From: Mytilus edulis
Taxonomy: Eukaryota
DNA: 64,000 nucleotides
Assembly (NCBI RefSeq): GCF_963676685.1
Contig: NC_092349.1
Span: 54,746,001 to 54,810,000, forward strand
Direction: 5' to 3'
Positions within the stretch are counted from its first letter, which is position 1; the number at the start of each line of letters is the position of its first letter. The position numbers and the translations under genes were made by a program. The notes under the pieces are model-generated. The model saw only the letters and a program-made list of their open reading frames with translations, did no database searches and was not told the origin of the DNA. Of the stretch, positions 12,511 through 25,625 are shown piece by piece.

Positions 12511-13892
12511 GATTCTAATAGGACAAATACAATCATTAAAAAACTGAAGCGATGATGGGTATACCGTGTGTGTGGCTGTTCTATTTTACCCACTGTTCGA
12601 TAAATGTAAAACAAATTTAATAAACCTGCATGAATGATTAAATTTTCTTAACTAACCGCTAGAAAAAAAATGTGATTCCTTTTGTTACTTCTCAGTAAAC
12701 CTAACATTTGCAATTTTAAATTTACATTTTTTATAGTAAGCTACCGTCAAATTCACTGTTGACATGTTGTAACCAAGGAGCCGCCATGTTGACTTGCTGA
12801 AATCAGTAAATGTGCGAATAATGCAATAGAACAGAAAACAAGCAACACCTACCTCAATAATTTATTTTAATGCAATTGTATCCGAGTTTAGTAAACGCAA
12901 TAGAAAAACCTTCAGCTTTGACGTTTTCATACGTATGACGTCATGTTTTGAAATGACGTTAATGCGCCATAATCATTACTGGAATTTCGCGGAATTTTAT
13001 TTTTTTTGTTATTGTCCATTTTTCCTATCTCTAATGTGTAAATTCTTTTTGTTATGCGTCAGAATCAGAATAAATGTTCTGTAGGGTTTTATTCAATTGT
13101 AATTGTTAACACAGCGAAATCCACAACCGTTTACACATAGGTTACGATACATGTGGATTTACGTGGGAGGCATATTTAAACAGCCATTTGTGTACATCTT
13201 GGAGTCTGCGCTAAGTATAGATATATCGAGAATTTTATCACGGTGTTGCTTACAAAGCGAAAGAAGCACGTCATATTAGAATGTTAAGCAAAATTATACC
13301 TTGGTGAAATTTGATCCGGTGGAAAAAATGTCACAGCAGTTGTTATTTTTTTACCCGAAGGAAAATATTTCCCTATGATATTTTTTCCTTTGCCATGAAA
13401 TTTTATCCGGGAAGTCAAACTATTGAAAAATTATTAAAAAAAAACTTAATCTTACAAATACTATGAAATAATAAGTGTATTCGAATTTAAGCTAAATTGT
13501 TAAAAAAAATATGTTAAAATGGTAAATAATTTCAGATTATCATTGAAAATAACATCCTGAAATATTCAAGTAAATGTCATTCTATTAAAAAGGAGAATGA
13601 AGCATATAAAAGAAAACCAGAAGTAATTTCAAAGATCATTATTGTGAAATAATATCATGAATAATTCAATATATATAAAATAAGGTAAGTTACATCCCAG
13701 CTCCTTTGTTCTAACAGGGGTGATCTGAGCCGGATCACCCCTACCAGATCACCCCAGTTTGAGTTTCTTTGTTATGCATGCTTTCCTTTGTTCTGTAACA
13801 TTTTGCCGGGAATGTAAAATACACTATAAAACTTATAATTAATTATACGGAAAAGACTATCTATCAAAATTCACGTAGAAAAAATCCAGTGT

Positions 13893-13962
13893 ATATGCTG
13901 GGATTCGAACTCAAGACCTTTAGCATATCAAGCCACGACACATACGACTACACCAGGATGAC
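13893..13962 (-). repeat. tRNA-derived sequence (pol III A/B boxes; SINE head or tRNA pseudogene)
   Basis: The minus strand has A-box-like TGGTGTAGTCG and B-box GAGTTCGAATCCC. The acceptor stem is not convincing. Confidence 0.5.
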
Positions 13963-15257
13963 TGGATACGAAATGATAAGAATCTGACATACTTGAAGGA
14001 AGCAAGATCTTTATATAAGTGGGGCGAGTTGTCAGACCTTTATTCAGTGGGGTTTTAACCTTTTTCGTTAATTAGTGAGTTTTCAGACTGATTGTTCAAT
14101 TTGATTTTACACTGTTTCAAAGTGGGGCAGGGCAAGTCGATAACAAGAGTGGGACGATATTTTTATAAAGTGGCGATATAGTGTGGACGATTGGCAAGTG
14201 GGGCGAGTTGACATTGTTTGATATCTACTCATCGTGTTTTTGGGTCAAAAAGGGTATACATCATATAGTACAGCTGAGTAGTATTAACCTGTGAAATATT
14301 ATCTGTCTTATTAAATCATGTTTTAAGTCATCTGTTTATATTAATGAATATAATAAATATGATTCAGGAAAAAGTATCACTCTGAAATAGTTTCGGGAAT
14401 ATAGTATTAATATCTTTAAAATAAAAAATACTCATAATTACCTCCCTTTGATTGGAAAATTATGCAAATGTTCTACCTTTTTGAAACATTTATCATTATA
14501 ATCAGGTATATATTGATTGCGAGTATCTTACATAGTAGTTTATGGGACTCTATTTCACAAGGTTCTGTGAAATATGCAACGAATACTATATACTGGTACA
14601 TACTATCCGCATAACACAGATACATTTTCACTCCTCTGGAAAAAATCGACCTGTGAAATAACATGTCTGGAAAATAAATACTGGGACAAATTATCCCCAG
14701 GATAAAATATCACGGTCGGTTGTTATATAAAATTATATAAAAACATTGTAATATAATTTTGGTGTATTTATACATACCGCCATTGTGTTCATCGTGCTAT
14801 CATGTCAAGGGTAATTTGGAATAAAAAAAATTGTATTGTTTACGTTAGTCTTCGACCGTCATTTGAACCCTGGCCAAAAATTGCTGTCCGGGGTGTACAA
14901 TTTCGCAGAATCGTTTGTACAGTGGTCAATTGAAATTCGAGACTTGTGTAAAAAGAGAGCCTTACTCTTTAGACGTTAAGAATCGTTGCATCATCTCGTT
15001 GAGGGGTCTGTAAGTGGATTATTGCAAGGCAAAATGTATGTTCCTATCTACTATACCATTAATTTCCAGTGGAAACCAAAACTTTCCCGCTCTTCGTCTG
15101 AGACTGCCTCTATTAGGGACTTACATTGTATTTGTTGTTACTTTGAATTCATTCTGAACATGCATGAAATATTTGCCAATGGACGTTACGCAACAAGTAA
15201 GCGAATGTGTTAAAGGTAGTTTGATTTACGAATTAAAGTTAAACATGCAGCTCCTAA

Positions 15258-15496
15258 GGGACGACATTAAAAATTCATTGTAGGATAAAAAAAACTTAAT
15301 TCATATATTTTTTTTTCACTGACCCCCCCCCCCCCCCCTACCCCCTCTTAATTTAAATTGGGGCAAATTGATTGACCAAGAAGGATATATATAAAATCGA
15401 TGTCAATTGAACAAAACTTGCAGCAGTTTTGACCCCCATCCCCAAACTATTTGAATTAAGTTTTTTATCTTTCAATGATTGTTTTGATGTCGTCCC
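15258..15496. mobile_element. PIF/Harbinger-like MITE
   Basis: TIR GGGACGACAT..ATGTCGTCCC with TAA on both sides. Related copies at 37907-38139 (inverted) and about 49647-49872. Confidence 0.75.
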
Positions 15497-16059
15497 TAAT
15501 GTAACATAATCTATCACGCGCCAATTAAATGCTTAACATGTGGTGGTATTAATCTTTGATATACGCTTTCCATTTACAAAATAAATGCATCGGGATTAAA
15601 ATTCCTATTGTAGCTAAAGTTGTTCCGCTCTTATTTACTTGTTCAAAACTATACTGACTCTTCTATTACATAATCAGATCAGTATCCTTACACTTGGTTT
15701 AATACTTTAAAATCATCTGACTAAACGAACTAGTATGACCCATTTTTAGACATTATATTCAATGCCAAATAATCAAACATTTATTTAAAACACTTATATA
15801 CATGTACGCATGACACTGGTATTTATAATATAAAAAACAAAAAATACCATGCAAATTTAAAACAAAAAGGCTTTGAACTGGTTATTTTAACTCCTGTCGG
15901 TGTACGATATACCTGTTTTTAGTATTAAACCGTAATGGAATAATATTTAACATTCAATTTCATTTAAATGTAGATTGAAACGGACAGTTATATTTAAGTT
16001 TGAGTTTTTATGTGTAATACATGTAATAAGTGTTCACACTTGTTTTTTATATCGTCTGG

Positions 16060-19000
16060 ATGTCATCGAAGAAGGAACCCGGGGGTGGCTGGGGATGGAT
16101 TATCACACTCGCGTGTTTTATTGAACATATTTTATATATTGGATCTATAAACACATTGGGAATTTACCATGTTTATATTATGGATGAATTTAACGAAGAC
16201 ATTACGGCTGTTACATTAATTGGTGCATTGTATATTTCAGTATCAATTTCGGGTGGTGAGTTATTTATAGTGGCTGTTTCTAAAAGCAAGGTTTAGTAAG
16301 TGATAATTAATAAAATAATCAACACTATTCATTCTTACTTTTATGAAATTCAATATAAAAATCAATACATGGTATTCACAGTGTTGTATTGTCTTTTATT
16401 TTTGAATATAAGGAAACATATATTGCTATGATTGATTGATTGATTGTTGGTTGCTTAACGTCCAGTGGCAAATATTTCATGCATATACAGGACGAGAACA
16501 AGTTCACAATAAATACAATAGGTAGGTCTTGTCATAATAGAGGCCAACAGGGATTATGGTCGGGGAAATTTCGACTGCCACTAGAAAATGAGGGTATATT
16601 GGATAGGGACAGAAATTTTGCCTTGCAACAGGCCACCCACGGGCCCTCAAAGAGTTGTTGCAAGGGTTCTTAACGTGCAAAGGACGCCCCACTTCGGCAA
16701 GCGTTTTACTGCCAGTCGGGAGAAGACCAAGTGACCGTATTTCTATTCCCCATTCACCCTTGGGGGTATACATTGCTATGTACTAGTATCGAAAATACAA
16801 ATTCCCATGTGCAAAAATGTATGTTATGTATAGTATGACAAAATTTAATAAACGTAACAAGCTAAAAAAAAACATCATTTTAATTCAATCCCTTGGCGTA
16901 GCTGTGTATACCAATCCTAAACTTAAATTAAAACAGGCGAGAACTTTTAATTAAAATCTAACTATCAATTATTGTTTAAATGGTTTAAAGTTTTCAATTT
17001 GTTACAATAGGTAGAAATTATAAGCGACTGTGTATAAAAAGGGTGTATGTCAGGAAGGCAGTTTAAGAAAAAATTATCCCTTAATTAGTTTATATATAAT
17101 TCGATATTGAATATTGTAAACGTTTTAGGATAGAAACTGTATCAGCATGCATATATTCATCAATTATTTATTAATAATTACTCGACACTTTTATCATTGC
17201 AGCAATCTTTGCAGTTCTTTTAAATGAAAAGTTTGGTGAAAGATTGGTTATAATGTCCGGAGGATTTTTAGTGTTCATCGGCTACGCCTCCTCATTCTTT
17301 GTGACGGCGTTTCCTGTGTTATATTTGACAATGGCGATTATACCAGGTACAAAATTTAATCTGTACTACTGTACTTATATCATTTAAGAATTAAATACTA
17401 AAAAGAACAGTAGTTTTAAATTTTAAGGATAGTTAGTAATCATACGTGTTTCAATTTGAGTTATGTATTTTTGTACCTAACCATGCTTATAATAGAATGT
17501 TTAATTTTGTATGTGATAATTTTGCCTCAATACTTTCAAATCAATGTCAAACACAGGCTTATTTCTTAACAAAGACTAGCTTCTAAATAAGTAGCATTGT
17601 TAATGTAAAAGTTTACATATTGGTATTTGTATAATATTTAAAACTATTTAAAAATTGTATAGAAAAATGTCTGTTGAACAGAATTATATCGATATATATT
17701 TTTGAAACATGATCTATAAACATTTAACAAAAACTATTTCCCAATACATATATAGTTTAAAACGATCAATAAAGATTAAACGTAGTGGCGGATCCAACCA
17801 TGTTCATAGGTGAGAGCTGACTGCCTTAGAGGGTCATGCTTAAGCGAATTCAGTGAATTTGTAAATAAACCAATGAGTTTTTCCACCAAAAGAAATGGTG
17901 TGAGCACCACCCTAAATCCAACCATTGAGATGAGCAGACTCAACCATGTATTGTATCTTAGATGTGACTTATAATGGGCATTAGGTACTTGTGGAGATTT
18001 GTCTCATTGACAATTATACCACATCTTCTGTTTTATATATTAGTAATTGTAAATTCAAATATTATTGTGTGCATTTATTATAATAATTGCAATTTTATCC
18101 TTTTTTGCGATATTGAGAAAAATCTTTTAAAAATTCATATAATTTTTTTCTAAATGCGAGTTTAAAGTATTGCGATTATGATCCTGTCGCTTTTTTCGCA
18201 ATAATTTCTGAATTTACAGTATACTGTGTATAACGGTGTCATTCAAGGAGGTAAACCTAGGTTACGGGAAATAACTCTTAAAATCATCAGTACGTTTGTG
18301 TCAGCCATTTTCATAAATATGTTCTAAGCATCTTGGATACATAGATTATTTCCAATCTGTTTCAGGTAAATGCTTAAAATTCATTGCCAAACTTCACTTT
18401 TACAAACGCATAACTATTTTAAAAAGTTATCTCCCTAAGTCAAGGTCTACCCCCTTAAAAAACAGATATCGCAAACTTCGGCAAAACGCCGTACGTTATT
18501 TTTTTTTTCTTTCTCTCACCTATATGTGTACTATAAAAGAGGCTAATCAATTGCATGTCTTGCTTTCTTTTTGTAAACAAAGTGTACACATAAACACTAA
18601 GAAACTATTTTTTTTATTTCAGGTATTGGAATGTCATTTTCTTATTGCAGTTTATTAGTAGCGGTAGACAAATATTTCACTGAGCGCAAATTTATCGCAA
18701 TGTCTTTAGCAATACTAGGTGGATCTTTTGGCATGGTAATCATGCCTATTTTAGTTGAATCTCTTTTACAAAAATACGGTTTTCATGGTGCTATACTGGT
18801 TCATGCAGGGATATCGCTAAATGTGATTGTCTGCGGGGCAGTTGTGTTTCCACTTCCGACAGGTAAGCTTACTGTTTAATTCAAGAGCACCAAAGTACAG
18901 CTACTCCTGGATTTATATAGACCCATCGTTACATTTTGTGGTTATTTTTATGCCCCAGTTATGGGCATAATAAATATGTTTTCTGGTTTGTGGGTCCGTC

Positions 19001-22000
19001 CATTCGTCCGTCTGTCCATCTTCGGGTTAAAGTTTTGGTTAACGATTTTGGTCGAGGTAGATTTTAAGGAAGTTGAAGTCCAATCGACTTGAAACTTAGT
19101 ACACATGATCCCTATGATATGATATTTCCAATTTTTATGCCACATTACAGATTTTCCCACATTTTCACGGTCCACTGAACACTGAAAATGATAGTACAGA
19201 TGGGGACATATTCTTGTTTTAACTCTTTCTTTTTATTCTTTTGGTCAATGCGTTTTCTGTCTTTCTTCCGACATCAATGTTACTTTCAAATCCGTTTTTT
19301 TGCTTGTATTGTCATTTTGTTAAAATATTTGTTTCGTTAAAAAATTCCGAAAATTTTACGGATCTAGTGTCAAATCAATGACGTTGTCCGTCAACTGATG
19401 AAGGTAAGTTCTGATTTCAGCCGATATTTAAAATTTAGAATGGAAATGGGGAATGTGTGAAAGAGACAAAACCCCGACCATACAAGCAGAAAGCAGCACC
19501 AGGACACCAAAGGGTTTTAACGTAGCGACATTCGATTGTCAGACGTTATGCCTTTTATCGGATATTACATGTATAAGTTTCAAATAAAGCAAATGCTACT
19601 GCTTTATTAGATTATTGCAAGTCATAAAATTGATAATCATTGTTTGTTCGGTTCGATTGATTTATAAGTGCCCAGTGGCAAATTTATTATACTTATTCAG
19701 GACGAGAATAAATGTAACAAGACATGCATTAGGTACGTTACATGTACTCAAAGTGAGTCTACCAGAATGAAAAGCGACAAATTTAAACAATAACTTTACA
19801 AATCGAAGAGTTTGTTGTGGAAAAGGACACTAAATTAAATAAATTCGCTCGAATATAGGACATAACTAAACTATTTTACTAAACTATCCTTTACAATCAT
19901 TTCTTATACAGGGAATGTGAATTGCAAGAATAGGAAGATATTTATGGTATACATGTAATTGCCAAAATGAGAAAACTGTAAAACTTTCAACCAGGAACAA
20001 GACCCATATATTATACCTCATAGTTAGCCACGTAATCACTATATAAAAAGCCCCGATATGACAAATGTAAAAACAGTGTAAACGAGAAAACTATTGGCCT
20101 GATTTATGTATAAAAAATCAACGAACAAAATATAAATATGATACAGAGCAACAAACAACTACCACTGAACTACAAGACTCGAGATAGGAACATATAGAAT
20201 ATGATAGGGCTATACATGTCACCGTCGAAATTGTCATTAAATAAATGTTAATATAATTTCTACCAATCTCCTATTTTCTATTTTCAGAGATTGTTCCCAT
20301 CAATTGTAAAACTAATAAAAAAGTAGACATGAAGTTTTGCAAAGAACCAAAATTTATTGTTTACCTCATCACAAACTTTCTTTTTATTCCTGCACAATAT
20401 ATACCTGCTACTCAGCTACCGGAAACGGCGGTCTCTATCGGAATCGGTATGGACGAGATCTCATTGGTAGTGGCGATGCTTGGTGTCGGAAGTGGATTTG
20501 GACGCTTATTCTTTGGTTTTATATCTCATTGCTTTTTTAACCATGTGGTAAAATTCTGGATTGTATTCTTGGCAGGAATGGGATTGATGCTGTTAATGGT
20601 ACCGTATTCGACAAAAATAGAGCAATTTCTAGTTTTTGCAGTTTTATACGGATTCTTTGACGGTATGAATTGCACAGTAAATTTAATAATATAAGTTCGG
20701 ATATTAAAGGCTAACATCTATTTTCAGGTCGACATTTATAACAATAGACAACTTTCGAGTTCGATGCATTTCCGTCAAAAACTTGTTTTAGTGAACATCA
20801 CTCGTATTAGGTACGTCGTGACTTCCGTTTCAATGTTAAGCGAGTGGTTGAAAAAAAAAAAACTATAAAGCTATATTGCACGAATTATATTCGGCAAATA
20901 AAATTCTCATAATTGACAATTTGCACCTCTGTCATTAGGGAATTGTTAATAAGTACCTACTGAACAAAGTTTATTTCTAGTTTATTCTGCACAATGACGA
21001 TCACTAAGATGCTTGATGAACGTTTATATGGCAGGGATACAGGCGAGTCCCTCTATCTGGTAAATGACGTCACAAAGGCGCGTATAATTGACGATTTATT
21101 TCCGGTGACGGATGAACTCGAAAGTAGACTATTACTTGAGATACAGTCATAGAAAAGTAATATATACAGATCAGAACCATGGCCATTTGAGGAAATCTAT
21201 AAAACTAATTGGCGATTTATATTCTTTCTGGAAACTACTTATTAGTATACAAATGTACACAGTGACATATTTTATAACTAAAAAAACACTTCATTTCATG
21301 TTTATTGGTCGACGAACGTGGCAATTTACCCTTGAACCCTTATCATTACTCCTTTCTTTGAAATTACTTAACCAACTCTACACAAACCTGGGGGGATTAC
21401 CCTGCATGTAAGTTCTTTAATAAAAGTTCCAAAAAATAATAAATAAAAAAGAATGAAAACAGGGACGGTGTCATGAGACAATAATCAGGCCAAAGAGCAG
21501 CACGAGGCCAGTAATGCGTCTTCAACGTTGCACGAAAATCCCGCATCTGCAGGCGGGTTTCAAGTGCCTAATAAAAATAATGTACACCCGTAATTCTCAA
21601 CTAAGAACCAAACACTCAAGACTGACAAAAGCTAGATGTTCATGACTAGGAATGGATATGCGCAAACCAGTAAATTGACAAAGTTTCACATTTTCAAATA
21701 TATAAAATGATGTAAAATTATATTTTATAGGAGGAAACAACGTAGGATGGAATCTTTCATTGAAGAACCTTCTAGAGCCTCAGTATTACGGTAGAGCTAT
21801 GAGTTTGGCCTTACTCGTAGAGGGAATTGGGTGTGCAATAGGAAATCCATTAACAGGTAATGTGTAAGAGATCTATGAGTTTGGCCATACTCGTAAAGGG
21901 CATTGGATGTGCAATAGGAAATCCATTAACAGGTAATGTGTAAGAGAGCTATAAGTTTGGCCTTACTCGTAGAGGACATTGGGTGTGCAATAGGAAATCC

Positions 22001-23309
22001 ATTAACAGGTAATGTGTAAAATGAGAATAAATATACAAAAGGGATGGTAAATTTCATAAGTGGAAAACGAACTGACAATGGCTAAATAATGAAACAAACA
22101 ACCGTCTTTAAAACATAACATGGAAAATAAAACACCAAGAAACACGGACCCTATCAAAATGCGGAGAATCCTGCTCTAGCTATAATATTTCCCCTCTAAC
22201 ATATATTTTTCAGTTACAGACGAGTAAAACGTTCCTGCTTATAGTTGAAATGTTGTAAATAAAGATCATGAGAACATAATGTGTGTTTACAAATGACGAA
22301 AATCAAAATGCAATGTGGTGTGGAATTATACTAATAATTGTCTTGATAGATAGCGAATTAAAGAAATATCTATTTAGCAGACCATGCAAATATTAAAATA
22401 TTATATGTTCGATATCCGTACGAGGTTCCACCAAACAATAGTTACACCGTATATCGAAATGCAGGATTTCTAATTTGGTTGGTGGGCATTGTATGTTTTG
22501 CATATTTTGACTTTGGTTTTCCTCATATTTAAACAAATTTGCCTGGGAGTCACCATTACCAGTGAATATGCCTCAAATTTACCTCTTTGGTATTTGCCAT
22601 TTCGGATATTCCTTGTTTACCCTTGCGAGTTTCTTCCCGTCAAAATAATTCGGAATCTTGCTCACCTAATCTCGAAACACTCAGATATACCATTTATGGA
22701 GGGGTATTTACAAAAAAATACCAGTCTTTTGATCGACTAGCGGCTCGAGACATTTAAGTCTATCGACTGGTATTTTACTCTTAATAACATATCATATATG
22801 TTCGGTACACGAGTGGAAGTAACAAAAATATTACTGGTTCATGTCTGCATGTATAAATTTATACGTGTCCAAAATTGTGAATGGCACAATCGTTAATTTT
22901 GCGATCTTTTTGTGAATAACCATAAGTAAAGAATTTATATTTTACTAAGCTTGATTCATGTCATAACAAAAGTAGCAAATGTATGACTATGTGTTTCGTC
23001 AATAGAATTGTCAATTTTAACACCCTTATCATTTCATCAAAATTTCTTTTGTTTTCAGCTTTCCTGAGAGAAACAACAGGATCAGGCGGTATACCATATT
23101 TTATTGGATGTGCTATACTGTGTGTCAGTGCTGTTATTTTAATTCCATTTTCAAATGTGAAGCAAACTTTTCAAGAACAAGAAATTATAATCTTTGACGA
23201 AACAGGTTCCGAATTAGAAAAATTCAAAATCCATGAGGATTGTTATGAGAAATATATTAAAATAAACGAATCTACATGTATATGCAAAAAGGAAATAATT
23301 GAGAACTAA
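16060..23309 (+). CDS. Monocarboxylate transporter family (SLC16/MCT, MFS) protein, 6 exons, 443 aa
   Basis: Exons 16060-16255, 17203-17346, 18623-18862, 20288-20662, 21731-21856, 23059-23309. All introns are GT-AG and phase 1, and the joined frame is open (1332 nt). MCT signatures PGGGWGW, KFGERLV, KYFTERKFIAMSLA, KYGFHGA, GFGRLFFG. Confidence 0.9.
16431..16770 (-). repeat. SINE-like repeat with (AATC)n tail in MCT intron 1
   Basis: The minus strand ends CATGAAATATTTGCCACTGGACGTTAAGCAACCAACAATCAATCAATC. Fragments of the same end occur at about 15155-15200, 19655-19710 and 37705-37765. Confidence 0.55.
18247..18454. mobile_element. MITE with imperfect TIRs (Kolobok-like, TTAA target)
   Basis: GGAGGTAAACCTAGGTTACGGGAAATAACT versus AGTTATCTCCCTAAGTCAAGGTCTACCCCC, with flanks TCAA/TTAA. 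Confidence 0.5.
21793..22020 (+). repeat. 3 x 76-bp tandem repeat spanning the MCT exon 5 splice donor
   Basis: The unit AGAGCTATGAGTTTGGCC..CCATTAACAG|GTAATGTGTAAG occurs three times, with donor GT at 21857, 21933 and 22009. Confidence 0.9.
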
Positions 23310-24096
23310 AAGATTTTTCGTGTTGTGTTTCCTATGCAATTATAGTACATGTATATTTGGCTATAACCGATTTGATTCAGTTTGTTTCCCTTTGGTCCTG
23401 TAGACTGGTTCTATCTGTTTAAGTAATTGAAAAAAATGAACTTAACATGCAAAGCATATATATAAAAAGTAAATTAAAGTCATACAAGGCGTTTGAACGA
23501 AATTTTAACAAAAAACAACTTACATTAATTTAGATAACAAAAGTTTTTCGTTTAAAAACAGATCATATTTGAAAAACTGCATTCCACCTGGATATATTTG
23601 ATAATTCCGCTTTCATAATTCATAGAAAAGCAACTAAAACAATAGATGTCTAATTACGGGGTCAACTACAAGAGACGGATTTATGGAGGTGTCAGCTGGC
23701 CCGGTCCCACCCTTTTTTTTTGGGGGGGGGGGGATAAATGCTTATATTGGAAATCACTGAAGCATGACTGGAGCGGGCCCCTTCTTAGGCAGTTAATGGG
23801 TACCCACTTATGAAAATTTCTAGATCCGCCACTGACTACGGAACTTGAATCAGACTAGTATCTCTATGATTAGTTAAAAAATAAGTTCTGAAAGGTGGAC
23901 GGCGACCCAACCCCGTGGATTACCAGGAGAAAACGTTCCCACAATTAAATAATAGTAAATATTTTTTTAAATAAAAAAAAAGTATATTTAACCCCCGGAA
24001 ACTCCCCTCCCAACCTGCCCTTCAATTTCCAAACACGTAAGAGCTATTGTACTGACAATAATACATTTAAAAGGTGATTGTCGATCTACTAATGTA

Positions 24097-25625
24097 TGGG
24101 TCATTTTCAAAAAATGTCGAATTTTGAAATTGAAAAAAATATTAAAAGTTACTTATTCAAACAACCCTCTACATAAACAAATCAAAACAAACAGTACTTT
24201 AAGAACACCATATTAAAAGATGCAATCTTAATGATGTCATACAAGAATATGTTGAAACATTTTTTGATCGGTGGTACATTATTTTGTCTATCCTGTTACC
24301 ATTTTCAAAAGAAATTTTGGGTTATTAAGAAAAGGTTTAGATAAAATGTTAAGCTTGTTTTAAGTAGACAATTAGATGGGTTTCAAGAGAATAAACTTCT
24401 ATATATATTCATTCTGTAATATGATAGATTATTTGCCAATTTTCCAGGTTGTACTGAAAAATGCCTCTAAAAATTGGTTTTCAAAGGTTGTAAAAATTAC
24501 CACCAGTAATGCAAGTCTAAGATAGCAATTTATATTGTTCGGCATTTTTTCACCCTTTCAAATAAACCCAACATCAAGTAAATCCCTCATAAGTTAGTTT
24601 ACTTTTCTCTATATTTCATTGGTAACAGGAACGTACGTTTCTGATATATTACTATATAAAAGTCTATCCTGTTACCTTTTTGTCTATCCTGTTACCGATA
24701 TCAGTATTGCACCTGCGAATGCTTAATTGGGAAAATTAAGACGTTATAACCTTAAGATGACTTCAAAAAACGAAATATTTCATTCGTTTTGAACCTATAT
24801 GTTAAGATAAAAAAATTAACGACGTTTTTGTCTACAATTGTCTATCCTGTTACTGTAACCATAGTAACCATAGTAACAGGATAGACATAACAGGATAGAC
24901 AAATTTCTTCGTTTTTGATTGCTGTTGTGAAATAACTACTCCCTTTGGTGAAGTGATTATGTTTTTCTATTGTGAATTTGGTTTCCAACACGTTATTGCA
25001 CTTTTTACAAGTATACTGTTGGTGTATTTTATCAAAATTGGTGGTAACAGCATAGACATGAAAAAAAGTACGCTATATTTTTTTCACTAAATGTCTTGAA
25101 ATTTCTTTTCTCTACACTGTCGTTCAAGAAACGAGGCGTTTTAAATGTAAAGATTACTTTGTACTTTTGAGATCAACACTGACTGATTCAATATTCATAG
25201 GGAGAATAATTTAACGGCTGATTTAAGTAGCGGTAACAGGAAAGACATGAACCTCCTGTACGCAGATTCGATTTAGTTTGTAGATAATATGTTACATACA
25301 ATGATATAGAAGCTACGATTTTTCGTTAAAGTAATATTTAACGTTCTTAAAAAGTCCCTTTTGCAGATATCAAGCCGATCAGAAAATCGCAAAAAAATCA
25401 TTTGAAATGTGATTTTCTGACACTGTACGCAGACAAATACCCCCAAAATGGGTCTTAAATGCAGTTTAATCTTATCAAAATAGATGTAAGGTGTGTTTAT
25501 TATTAATGTTCTGAATCACAAATCTGACAAGCTTTCATTTAAACCATTACAACTGAAATTTCCATTAGAAATAAAAAAGTTAGCATGGGTGTACTGAAAA
25601 TTCGACATTTTTTGAAAACGACCCG
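24097..25625. mobile_element. Non-autonomous DNA transposon, TA TSD (Tc1/mariner-like)
   Basis: TIR of about 29 bp (T/C)GGGTC(A/G)TTTTCAAAAAATGTCGAATTTT, TA on both sides, internal repeated motif GTCTATCCTGTTAC in both orientations. Confidence 0.8.

Noticed and set aside
13893-13962. Possible tRNA gene
   Set aside because: A and B boxes are present but the acceptor stem does not pair convincingly; treated as a tRNA-derived repeat.
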